Source: Hydrurus foetidus
Taxonomy: Eukaryota
Length of the DNA stretch: 64,000 nt
Assembly (NCBI GenBank): GCA_900617105.1
Contig: UYFQ01000083.1
Coordinates: 1 to 64,000 of the forward strand
Reading direction: 5' to 3'
In this document: piece by piece, positions 12,233 to 23,425 of the stretch
How positions within the stretch are numbered: position 1 is the first letter of the stretch
Layout: each line of letters starts with the position of its first letter
Made by a program: the position numbers and the translations under genes
Notes under the pieces: model-generated
The model's input: only the letters and a program-made list of their open reading frames with translations
Databases searched by the model: none
What the model was told of the DNA's origin: nothing

Positions 12233-15200
12233 TTATCGGCCATCCCCTTCCCTCTCACCACCTGTTAATTCAACATCATTCTCCCCATCCCCTCCTCTAT
12301 CACCATCACTATCCTGGCCTGTGATGCAGTGCGTTTCATAGTCAGTAGAGGAGATAGGATCGGTTGAGACAGACTGTAATTTCGAATATGCCTCTTGTCT
12401 TCTACTGCCCCACAGAGGGCGAGACAGTACGTCAGAAACGGGAGAAGAGGGGGACATCATGAACACCGCCCACCAGACAAAGAAAAGAATCAAAAGAACA
12501 ACAAATACGAAACCATAGCCAAATAGAAAGAAGTTCATTATTCGCATGATCAACGAGTTTGTGTGGGGAATTCCACTATATATCCCTGAATTATCGTCAG
12601 TATTATTATTTTGCGTTGAAGTATTCCAGTGGGGCATTTCCTTGAAATTCGTTACTTGGAAGATTGACATTCGGTCGAAAATAATTCCTGAAGAAGCCTC
12701 CACCCACTCCCAATATAATTCCGTTGGACTATACACAGTCACACGTGCATATCCCCATTTATAAAAAAACATTTCATTCCATTCTGGTTTCGGTATAACA
12801 GCATTTTCGGTGAATCCTGCGCCTGCTGTCCCGATTACCATATGCACTGTAGCTTGAGGGTTATCGAAAGTATGTACAATTCCTTTCTCAGTCTTCACCT
12901 CTCGTGATTTTTGAATGACTTTTTTATTGAATACAGCTGATTGGCGCTGTACTACGTGGTTATGCCCGTAGAAACCTAGATTCACTCTGTATTTGTACAG
13001 TAACGGCTCAACGTGAAGTATCAACAATTCCATCACCAACTCATCGCCTGCATTTAATTATATGGGGCAATAATGGCGTCAGACCGATCTATTCAATCAA
13101 TTTTAGTTATTGTGAGGTAAAGAAAATAGTAATAAAATAGTGTGGAGAAAAAAATATTTACATCAGAAGAAAGTAATAAGATAAACGATTATTAGAAACT
13201 CGCAAACAATTAAGAAATAGCATATCCGTGCATCAGAATAGAACACTCTGCACTAAATACTAAGTACGTACTTGAGGATTTATTTCCACCGTAACCGGAG
13301 TTGACATACATAGCTCGGTGGCCCCCAAATATGACCCAAGGGGTGACTTCTCTGTCCACTGATGACATGTCTTCTTCTAGCCTGATTATTACAGATATTA
13401 TATTTTGAAAGTCTTATTAGATATACATTGATAGTCTGATTAAAAGATGTGCTAAATGTTAGTTTTTAATCACTTTAGATACACCGTAAGCCTGACTGTC
13501 AAATGCTGTTCGTCTGATTATCGCAGAGAGACTGTAAGCCGAATTTCAACAATGAAAGAGGTTAAAGAATAGAAATAGCTCGCCTATAGAAGAAATGGAA
13601 TGATTGATAATCTGTAATAATAAAGGTAGATCAAAAGAAAAGGTGAAAATTGGTATCTCACCAGGTGTGCTGAGCTGATCCGATCCTGAAGTCATGCTCT
13701 GTGCTCATGCCTAATTACATTCAGAAAAAGTGAATAAGTCAGTCACTATAAATAGCGCTAGAGAAGAGATGGAGGAGAGTGTAGGAGTGGAGATGTGTGA
13801 GATAAGTGATGCCTTCTATGTGATGGAAGATCAGGAGTGGTCCTTACATGATAGGGAATGAGTTACGGTTATGAAATGCACATGTAGTTCATTATACTGC
13901 AGTGAGATAAGATGGGTACTCTGTGCGTATTTTCATGCTTAACTTCTGATCTCTCCTTTCTCTTTTCCCCTTCCTCCTCACTACTTTCTCCTTTCTAATA
14001 ACGAAAAGACTTCTTCTTCTCGTACGTACCTATGAAGTGTATCAGTCCGATGTCATATGACCACCAAGGCTTGTCTTTCGTAGCTAATTGTAATGAATAA
14101 AAAGTATGATGGGTAAGTGCGATGTTTGGAATATAAATCATGTTCTATGTTCTTGAGTCACACAAGATGTTCGAAGGCGGAAGAATGTCTTTCGTTTCAA
14201 TTGATCAATGTTATGACCATGAAGACATGCACAAGAGGGAACAATTTTATCTTAATCAGCATCATCTCACTACTTCAAGTCAGAGATGCACGACATAACA
14301 GTTTCCATTCCTTCCGACATGACCCTCTTCGAATCTATCACTATACAAAACATTGTTTTCTTTCATATAAATGAGCCACACGTATGACAATACGAAATTG
14401 AATGACAATAACAGTATACACACGACAGTATTCGATTAAATAAAATTGACGATACGTATACGATAACAATCCGTTTAATGACCTGGGTATGGTTGGGGTA
14501 TGAGGGTGGTAGCCAGTACACCACACTCTCCTCCCGAATCAGTACCGCTGTAGTATGATGCTGTGATACGATAGATAATAAGTGGAAACGGGTTGCTAAG
14601 CGTCTGTGTCAAGGTGCGTAAATGTTTAGTAATGAATTAAGCACACATGATGGGGGGCGTGGAGGTACATACATACGCGTACGTGTGTGTCGGTGTAGTT
14701 GTGTATGTGCAAGAGACAAGTCGAATCAAAGAGAAAATAGCAAGGAACCTTCTGAGCAAAACCAAATCAAATGCATTATTGAAGAAGTTACGCAATTCCA
14801 CTAAAATGCATATGACAGTATGTGCGTTTACAGTGTACCTGTATTAGGATAGTCACTTTCATGATTGCCCACTGTTGTTAAGTAGATCACTTTACTGGAT
14901 ATAGGAGCAATCATATTCAAGAAGAAATCCCACACAGCCATATATCCGCATGCATAAGAGATATCCCCGCCTGATTTTAGTGCAATCGGATGTCAGCATG
15001 ATTATCAAGGAGATGAGATCTTTATCATTGAAATTTAGTTATCAGATTGATGAATCGATAATACTTCATAAGATTCAGTGAATCACATCTACATTTGGCA
15101 TCGCAGACTGAAAATTTAGCAGTAAATTCAGTGGCCGTAAAGTTTTACCGTGATACACGGCGTCCACGGTCCCTTTATCCACTTCAGCACCAACAGCGTT

Positions 15201-16695
15201 GGCTGTAAGGTATGAAGGCCGACCGTATTCGTTCCAAGTGAACGAGTCGTCCATTGAACCTCTGCCCATATCGTCATACAGTATAACTTTTGTCGGCCTG
15301 GTGAGATAGGGATAGTGAGAAAGAGAGAGAAAAGGGGGGGGGGAAATGGGAAGGAAAAAGATGGTGTGCACTTAGGTAGGAAATGATGCAGAGATAATAT
15401 TAGGGATACCGAAAAGATAGTAATAGGAAGTAGAAGGTATGGCATTCATCTCTACAGAACAAATCAAGTTAGAAGCATCAGTCTGTTACAGCAGCAAACT
15501 GAACTGTAATTCACCTGATTGGTGAAATTTGCCCTTTCGTAGAAGGGACATAGAATATCATTTCCTCGCTGTAATCATTCGTATCAGCGTCTCCAAACGT
15601 GTAGTATATAGGAAGTCCGGCATATTCTGTCAGGTCTTTCAGGATTGCTGTATGAATTAGTCCGAGTTCCCTCCAACCCGTGCTATTAGCTGGTTTTCCA
15701 CACATTTTATCTCTGGCAATCACTTCACTTGTAGCGATGACATGAGTTGTGAGTTGTTTGGATTTTTCACCCCATTTGACTGTGGGTTTATTTGATGAAG
15801 CACTACGAATATATAGGTCAGGAAATTCGGGTCAGAAAATTGTTGGGAATTAATATCAGAAGATCAGAACAATTCAGATCAGAGTACTAGACGAATTTGA
15901 CTTAGTAGATTGAAGGCAATAAATTGGAAGGCTCAATACGACAAACACGGTGAAATAAATAACGATATTGACAGCAGAGTTCGTTTTTAATGACCACATT
16001 CAGATATTTTTCATTCGCATTCTTCCAAACATCAAATTCTAATAATCAGGAACATAATAATTAGGAACATTCTCATCTATCAGTGACTCTCAAGTCAAAA
16101 AGCACAGTGCCGAGAGATTCATGTGAAAGTTGCACCTGCTCCATAATAATTTATAAAATCCTCTCTGGTTGCTTCCAACTGGTACTATTCTTGGTCTCAA
16201 GGGTTCGTTTTTGTTCAGAAAGGAGACATTCTTCTGATATGTCGCTACTAATATTGGAGAAACCAAAGACCCAGTGAAGTAATGGAATGCCACATCGTCC
16301 CTCAAATTTGTGAAATTGAATAGAAGGACACCAGAGCCATTTTGTAGGTAGTTCGGATCCTTTTTACAGAGAGCATATTTCACTGGGACCGTTTTCGTAA
16401 CATCCACATTTGCAGGTGAGTATGCTCCGATCCAGTCTGCTTCCTCGGGCTTATTTGCAGAGTACTCAAGTTGAACAATTTCGTTGTTGCTTATGATTAA
16501 GGGGCTGACACTTTTGATGAAATGTTCACCTTTTTTTCTCTCGTACATATTCAAATGATTGATGAGTTGGAATTCATTCGAGATGTGATCCCCTCGATGA
16601 TCAACCTCGAGACTTTGTTGCTCAATTCTATTAAATGGCACCTCAGTGCATGAGACCGTGATAACCCAGACTAGTGACGAAATTCGAAGAATCAT
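12233..16695 (-). CDS. Purple acid phosphatase (nucleotide pyrophosphatase/phosphodiesterase-like), signal peptide plus C-terminal TM helix, multi-exon
   Basis: Metallophosphoesterase motifs DMG, GDISYA, VGNHE, GGHRAMY, GHNH across GT-AG exons; N-terminal DWIGAYSP domain; hydrophobic segment FFLFGYGFVFVVLLILFFVWW. Confidence 0.92.
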
Positions 16696-16851
16696 CGCTG
16701 GAGGCGCAACTTGTGGATTCACTGCTTGTGATTGCTGAATGTCATGGTTTCATAAGAGATTCACACCTAAACAACCACGAACAATGACTTATCTCGTCAG
16801 TTCGGAGGAATTCATTCACGGATTGCGATTGCCACTCCGCCTGAAGACTTA

Positions 16852-18557
16852 GGCCAAACCTTATAGCGCCACGGATCACGGATTTTTAATTGAAAATCGG
16901 TGATTTGTCGCCCTTTCAGACCCATATAGCGCCTCGGAATCGTATTTTAAAATTTGTATTGACCGATTTTGAGAATTCGAGACGGGATTTGGGGCACTTC
17001 TTCGTAATCCAATTCTCGTTTTGGATGACGATATCTTGACCTAGGATGGCCTAGTAGATTACATTCAAATCACATTCAAACACCAATATCTCAATGGCGG
17101 CAACAAAGCGCCAGTTGCTGGTCGTCAGATCCAAACAGTTCTTGTTGATTGCCCGAGCAAGACTGAACAAGAGATTCTATACAAGACTCGGGAGTTGCTG
17201 TTCAAGTCTGAACAGGAAGCTGCGAAGAGCCGTTCATTGCTAATGATAATTGTACGTCATCAGGAAGTCCTCTGGTCCATCGTCTCTATCCTCCTCCTCC
17301 CAAAATCAACCGACCAAGTCTCAGAATCGCAAGACTCAAAGACATTTGCAGAGGAAAGAAGAGCTCCAAAAGATTAATGTGGAGCTCAAGAAACCATCCA
17401 AGCATGACCAACTTATCGATCAAGAGTCGAAAGTCAGTGCCAACAACTTGGCCATCAACAAGGCAATGGTGGAGCTGAAGTTGAGACAACAGGTAAATTT
17501 TATAATCGAATACAACTAAATCACACTTTAATTCATTGTATTTTCTTCCGCAGAGAATCCTGGAGCTTGAGAAGTTGCTGAGCCTGGAGTTCTTGCCGGA
17601 TCTGGACCGAGGACCATTGCAAGATGAATACATGAATTATTTAATGAATGGCGGACCCGGTATTCAAAATTATCAGCCAATCAGGGAAGATCCACCTGAA
17701 GCTGAGACAGAAGTACCTATTGCAACAGTCCTTAGTGATGTGGAGGAGCCCAATCCCATGGATACTTAGTGATACGAAGATGAGGGAGAATCTGGAAAGA
17801 GATGGGAAGATGATGGCGAAGACGAAGAAGAGAAGGAGATGATTGAGAAGGAGAAAAGCTATGGAACCATTAGAACCAACCCATCGAAGTCAAGGAATGC
17901 TGTCTTTACTCCAAGTGAGCCTACACAAGACTCTTCTGAAACCTCCTATGAAATGTTCGAACGCCGTCAAAGTCAGGTTCCAATCACAAGACCTTTCGTA
18001 TCCCGAAACACTTCCTCCTCTTCATCTTCTTCGTCGAGTTCATCTTCTGCTACAAGTGTTGAATCCGGAAGGGTGACAAGAGGCTCGGCCACCAAGAGAT
18101 CAAAGGGCGAGGTCAACGTTACTGTGGAAGAGGAAGATAATGAGGACTATTTCTCGGTGCCAAAAAAGGGCAAAAAGGGGAAGAAATAATTGAATTTCAT
18201 ATCAAATGATGTCTTTTAAATTACAATTGTATGTCACATGATATCAATAAATATTTACAGAATGTTAAATGAGCTTATATTCGACGTAGGAGGTAAATTT
18301 GTTTTTTTTTTTTAAAATCAGTGATCAGGATTCAGTGATTCGTTAACGGATTTTCAGAAACAAGTAATTCAGAGAAATGTTTCAGTGATCCTTATAAGGG
18401 CTACAAAAAGCCAAAACGAATTTTAAAATACAGATTTTAGGATTTCGTTTCAGTGATCCTTATAAGGGTCAGCCCGGGGTCAATCACGAATACGGATTGT
18501 TGATCACGAGTTTTTTTGAATCCGTAATCCGTAATCGGTGCGCTATAAGGTTTGGCC
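16852..18557. mobile_element. Non-autonomous PIF/Harbinger DNA transposon (1706 bp)
   Basis: Perfect 18-bp TIR GGCCAAACCTTATAGCGC; TTA target-site duplication (16849-16851, 18558-18560); subterminal ACGGAT repeats and a duplicated TTCAGTGATCCTTATAAGGG. Confidence 0.88.
17090..18189 (+). pseudogene. Disrupted charged/coiled-coil ORF inside the Harbinger element (possible accessory ORF)
   Basis: Protein-like segments across frames, apparent GT-AG intron 17493-17553, stops at 17767-17772, basic C-terminus PKKGKKGKK. No DDE transposase motifs seen. Confidence 0.5.
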
Positions 18558-18601
18558 TTAGCCCTGATAGGAATCTTCGCGAAGAGGAAAATATCGTAGA
18601 T

Positions 18602-18932
18602 TCAAAGGATACCGTACGGTAGTATGGGTTCTCTGGAGCGGCTAGGAGCAAGGGCCGCTGACCGCTGTCGGCCCCTGGAGGGACGGCTGCGGAGGGGAAG
18701 AGGTCGGGGGGACGGGACCAGGGGCGATGACGATGACCGCGTTGGATTGACGCGCAGCGGAGAAGAGTTCCCCATGCTGCTGTTACGTCATGGATCTTTT
18801 TCGAATTATTATTTAGTATATTTTCAAATTATTATTTAGCACGCCCGTTGGTTGTCGACAAGCTTGATTGAGAGCGTCGTCTCACAACATTTTGATTAGC
18901 TTTAGCCTTCTTAGTCTAACGCATTTTTGTCA
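18602..18932 (+). repeat. Split direct repeat A1 (331 bp)
   Basis: Appears identical to 24944-25274 (offset 6342). Confidence 0.95.
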
Positions 18933-18942
18933 ATTCTACGGG

Positions 18943-20568
18943 ATGTCAACTACTTCTGCTTCGGTCGAGACCGGTGGAGTGACGGTTCCAGCCTACCAGC
19001 GGGCCACCGGTGCAATGACGCGTGCCCTGGAGCATGCAGCGTCGATCGTGGCGGGCCACACGGACGACGAAGGGGAGTGTTATGCCATGATAATGGCCAC
19101 TTCGGTCCCGGTCGCAGACGTTCCGGCGAATTCTGTTGTACTGATACCTTTGGACGTACCACTGGCGGACCAGGTGCTGGACTTCACCTTCCTTGCAGGG
19201 TGCAAGTCCATGTTTTTCCAGGTGCATGAAAAGCCGCAGCCCCGGATGACATATGGTCACTGCTCCAACTACTCCGCGGGTACCATGGATCGGCCCATAC
19301 CGATCGGAACTCTCTTGAAGTTCCCGTCAATGAGTCACTACGTAGTGGCTCAACCGCGCCTGCTGCAAGCTTTGAAGGCGTCTTTAGAGCCTGCGGGGGG
19401 AGGTGTGACAGGGGCAGAATCAGCGAAACGCCCTTGTCTTCGCCCACTGGAGGGGGGGGGTGAGCAGGGTGAAGACACGACAGGCAAAACGAAAGGTATG
19501 TCTATCGTAGATCTAGATGGGGGAGAGCATCCCACACGCAACAAGACCGATCTGATACAACGAGAGAGGGACTTGGGGTGCACATATCGCGCTATGGATG
19601 CGGCGAAACACCACTACAGTATTCGGGCTGATGTCACCTTACAACCGGATCACTATCGAGGGATGCTGTTCGAGCAGGGGGCCACCCAAACCATCGACAG
19701 ACACCCCGCGTTTATCTCTTGCGGCCTTATGAACCGGATCGAGAATCTACCGGTTCTCGGCGAGATCGGTAAACTTAAACTGCTACTCGTGGGTTCAGTC
19801 CTCACCGACAATGGCGAACCCACGCTGCTTTTGGAGGACTTTGTTTCGGGGGAAAAAATCTCGAGCAAGCCATCGCCATGCCCGTCCAACAACGCGGGTT
19901 TGGTGATGGCTTTGAAGAATGTGCAAATGGTCCTGCAAGTCTGCTTCTCGGATGTTTTTGGGACAGCGCTGGACGAGTTCATCGATAAGCTGGAAGGAGT
20001 TTGCAGGCCCATGGAGTTGGTGCCAGCAGACTTCTTGAAATACTCCGTCCAGTTGAGCTTCAAGCGATTCTTTCGCGAGGTTTCAACGGTGAGAGGCCCG
20101 GCTTTGCAAGCTGGCCTCTCGTTAAAGACCCCTGAGCTCTGCGCATCGCATCTCGCGGCGATTTTTGGTAAGCTGGCAACGGATCTTGCAGATCATCCAT
20201 GGATGGTAATGAGAGAAGCTTACTTCCGTCTGCGCGTTGTTCGACCTTTGGTCTCTTTCTCAGCTGAGAAGACGCCGAACAAGAAGGAGGCGATGGCTAG
20301 TAAAGCGGAGAAGCAGACGGTAGCAACCGTCACTCCGCTGGACGTCAAGAAGGAGCTCAGTTCGCGGCCATGCGTCGGCCATCTGGGAAACCTACTTGGA
20401 GCGGTGAGCAAGGACGGGCGTCCTTACGTGTGCAAGTTTGGGAAGGAGTGTGCGTTCCGCCACCTGTCAGTAGAGGACAAATCTAAGCAACGTCTGCTAG
20501 ATATTGTCGGCTCTCTGACAGCGATTCCACGAGGGGACTTGACACGGGCGATTCTGAAGAGATCCTGA
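18943..20568 (+). CDS. ORF1 gag-like protein of the YR retroelement
   Basis: First in-frame ATG after repeat A1; C-terminal CCCH-like finger (PCVGH...CKFGKECAFRH); position upstream of RT. Confidence 0.8.
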   Translation: MSTTSASVETGGVTVPAYQRATGAMTRALEHAASIVAGHTDDEGECYAMIMATSVPVADVPANSVVLIPLDVPLADQVLDFTFLAGCKSMFFQVHEKPQPRMTYGHCSNYSAGTMDRPIPIGTLLKFPSMSHYVVAQPRLLQALKASLEPAGGGVTGAESAKRPCLRPLEGGGEQGEDTTGKTKGMSIVDLDGGEHPTRNKTDLIQRERDLGCTYRAMDAAKHHYSIRADVTLQPDHYRGMLFEQGATQTIDRHPAFISCGLMNRIENLPVLGEIGKLKLLLVGSVLTDNGEPTLLLEDFVSGEKISSKPSPCPSNNAGLVMALKNVQMVLQVCFSDVFGTALDEFIDKLEGVCRPMELVPADFLKYSVQLSFKRFFREVSTVRGPALQAGLSLKTPELCASHLAAIFGKLATDLADHPWMVMREAYFRLRVVRPLVSFSAEKTPNKKEAMASKAEKQTVATVTPLDVKKELSSRPCVGHLGNLLGAVSKDGRPYVCKFGKECAFRHLSVEDKSKQRLLDIVGSLTAIPRGDLTRAILKRS

Positions 20569-20959
20569 CTTCCGGAGGCGGTGCCGCCTACTAACACAGG
20601 TGTGTATCACTGAACGCTAGAGCTTTTGTCGGGTCGATCTCCCGATCGGCAGCCTGTCATGTACTCGTTTGTCTGCGTGTTGGCGATGAGTGTGCTAGAC
20701 AGTGCTGTATTAGCGGCCTCGATTGATTGTCATGGGGCCGCTGCCGAAAGTAGACAGTAAAACTGGTTGTTGACTGTCCTATGTTTAACACTGACGCATG
20801 CGGTCGCGAATGTACGACCCGCGGAAAAAGGGATCCAGGGGTGTCTGGACCCTCCGCATGCGGTATAATTGATGCATATCGTCGCATGATACCCTTGTTC
20901 TGGGCTGTGTTTATCATGCGACCGTAGCATCGGGCATTACGCTGACGCACCTGAGTGCC

Positions 20960-23224
20960 ATGCGATGCCCTTACTCGTATCCGTCATGTATGGAGACTCA
21001 TTTCCCGACCTCATTGTTTTACGTAGTCGTGGAAAGCATGAGGCAGACCAAGGCACCTTGTCCGGCCCAGCGAGAGTCGAGACCGGAAGTCCCGGGCGAG
21101 TCGGGGAGCGTTGAGGGAGTCGACCCTAATGGGACCGCACCCATGATCGACGCGTGGATTAGAGCGTGTTTCCCGGGTGGGTCCCCCACGAGCAAGGCGG
21201 GAATCGAAGAGTTGATAGCGGAGGCAGCGGAATCTGCCCGGAACGACTTCGGCGTGGAAGCAGCGAACGAGTGGGCGAACGGATATGTGTTCCCATCGGA
21301 GTTCGTAGACAGCGACGTCCGCTGTCTGCGGGCAGCTCAATTGGACTTCCGGAGCATGGTGGAGCGGCGATTGAAGATCTTATCGAAGGATCGCTTGAGT
21401 CACGCAAGCGTGAAGTCTCTAAGCCCGGAGAATCCTGAGCTGGTGCTGATGACTGATCTGATTGAGGGGATGAGGGTTGCGATACCCGAGGGCTTTGTAC
21501 CCAACGGTCTCCAGGCGCGGTCGCCGCTGCGCGCTTCATATGAGGCGGTGTCCAGTGCCGTGAACAAGATGTTAGGCGCAGTGATCGAACAGCGTTTGGC
21601 GTTCGTGTTACCATTGGAATTAGCTCAAGCCCATGTTCCAAACCTCCATTTGTGCAAAGCGCACTGGACGACGAAGAAAGGCAAGGCCTCCGGACGTCCC
21701 TTGGGGGACTTAAGTAATGTGGACGGGACCCCGCTTAACACGGACGCCACTGCCGACGCCGCCACCGCTTATTACGGCCCTATTAACCATCCGACCATAG
21801 AAGACATAGCCGTGATGGTCAACAAGTTTTGGGAGGGAGCCTCAGCACGTGACCCCACACTGCGGCATGAAGACCTTCGCCTGTGGAAGATGGACCTCAA
21901 GGGGGCGTACACCCTCCTGTCCTTCCGAGCGGAGCACGTCGGATTGTTCGGAATGCTGCTCACGGACGACCTTGTCTACCTCCAACTCGCCGGCATCTTC
22001 GGCTGGTCGGGGACACCAGCGGCCTTTCAGGTGGTCACGCGAGCGATCGCGTGGGAGCTTCGGTCCCGCCTTCAAAGTCACACGGTCATGTACGTGGATG
22101 ACGTCATCGGGATCGGCTTCGCGAAGGACATCACCGCTGACCTGGCACTGACGAGACACATCTGCACTGCCCTCCTCGGGTCCGGCGCAGTCGCGGACGA
22201 CAAGACCGAAGTCAGCCGGCGCCTAGATGTTATAGGCTATGTCATAGACTTAGATACCGGTAGAGTGCTGATAAGTAAGAAAAATTTCTTAACAGCACTC
22301 CACGGTTTTCTCAGCGCGGACACAGCGGCGAGGATCAACCTGAGGACCGCGCAACGTTTAGCCTCATGGAGCACCCGATATGGCAAGATATGCCGGGTGA
22401 TGCGCCCCTTCTGCAGCGCCCTCTACCGTCTGACATGGGGCCGGACGGACCCTCACGCGCTGTTCAGCCTGTCGGCAGAGGCGATTGTGGCAATCCAGTG
22501 TTGGCGGGCGATGCTATGCCTCGTACGGCATAGAGAAACTGAGTTCACGCGCTCCATCGCGTCGTTCGCGCCCGAGACCCCGACGGTGGTGGCTGAGTTC
22601 GACTCATCACTTAGTGGAGCCGGCCTCATCTGGTACACCAGAGATAGCGACGCAGAGGTGGCGATGGGTGTCGGCGCCGCTGATCTCCTCTTCCTCGATT
22701 TCGGTGAGGACTCTTCATTCCAGAACTTATCGGAGTTCCTGGGAGCGATTTTAGCTGTTCTAGGGCAGGTCGCACTTGGGTATCGGGGGAGGAGTGTGGC
22801 CCTCAGGGGTGACAGTGTCACTGCACTGACTTGGGCCATTACTGAGAGGCCAAGAGGAGAGAGAGTGACAAAGGCTGCAATGGTGTTTACACTCCTTTGT
22901 ATTGCAGCCGGTGTGGATGTGAGGGAGGTCACGCACATCGCAGGTACGGCAAATAAGAACTGCGACCGGCTTTCGAGAAGGGGCCGCGAACCCGCCATGT
23001 CGATACTCGAGGAGGCGGAAGCGATGGGAGTACGGGGAGTCAACGTCGTCGAGATCGACGGCGACGTGGACATCATAAACATTCTCAAGCTATGTGACCC
23101 TAGACGTGAGCTGCACTCTGAGAAGGACTTCATAGAGTTCTGGTCCGCAGCGAGGAACGCCATCGAATCTTTTTTGCGACGACACCCACCGTCGGCATCA
23201 GCCATCGGCTCGCGCCGTAGTTAA
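20960..23224 (+). CDS. Reverse transcriptase-RNase H of the YR retroelement
   Basis: KMDLKGAY, FGWSGTP, YVDD; RNase H FDSSLSGAG, NLSE, RGDSVTA, HIAGTANKNCDRLSR. Confidence 0.95.
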   Translation: MRCPYSYPSCMETHFPTSLFYVVVESMRQTKAPCPAQRESRPEVPGESGSVEGVDPNGTAPMIDAWIRACFPGGSPTSKAGIEELIAEAAESARNDFGVEAANEWANGYVFPSEFVDSDVRCLRAAQLDFRSMVERRLKILSKDRLSHASVKSLSPENPELVLMTDLIEGMRVAIPEGFVPNGLQARSPLRASYEAVSSAVNKMLGAVIEQRLAFVLPLELAQAHVPNLHLCKAHWTTKKGKASGRPLGDLSNVDGTPLNTDATADAATAYYGPINHPTIEDIAVMVNKFWEGASARDPTLRHEDLRLWKMDLKGAYTLLSFRAEHVGLFGMLLTDDLVYLQLAGIFGWSGTPAAFQVVTRAIAWELRSRLQSHTVMYVDDVIGIGFAKDITADLALTRHICTALLGSGAVADDKTEVSRRLDVIGYVIDLDTGRVLISKKNFLTALHGFLSADTAARINLRTAQRLASWSTRYGKICRVMRPFCSALYRLTWGRTDPHALFSLSAEAIVAIQCWRAMLCLVRHRETEFTRSIASFAPETPTVVAEFDSSLSGAGLIWYTRDSDAEVAMGVGAADLLFLDFGEDSSFQNLSEFLGAILAVLGQVALGYRGRSVALRGDSVTALTWAITERPRGERVTKAAMVFTLLCIAAGVDVREVTHIAGTANKNCDRLSRRGREPAMSILEEAEAMGVRGVNVVEIDGDVDIINILKLCDPRRELHSEKDFIEFWSAARNAIESFLRRHPPSASAIGSRRS

Positions 23225-23425
23225 GAGCGGGTGTCCATATCCCACCGTCCATCCCCCCCTGACCAGTCCAACACGCCATCAGCTCGAGTTCAACCCACAC
23301 GCCTACCGGTCCGACACCTTCGAGAGCACCATCAAGCGGAGTTCGGCCCACAGACTAGTCCCACTTAACTGTCACTCCCCTTTATTCTTCTACCCCGCGA
23401 AGCCAACCTTCGTAACTACATCACA

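Noticed and set aside
18624..18839. Identical 71-aa ORFs at 18624 and 24966
   Set aside because: By-product of the duplicated A repeat; no protein motifs.
20684..20752. SECIS or hammerhead interpretation of ATGA...GAAA after the ORF1 TGA
   Set aside because: No CUGANGA core, no SECIS helix II with apical AA, and readthrough of the TGA meets another stop within about 15 codons.
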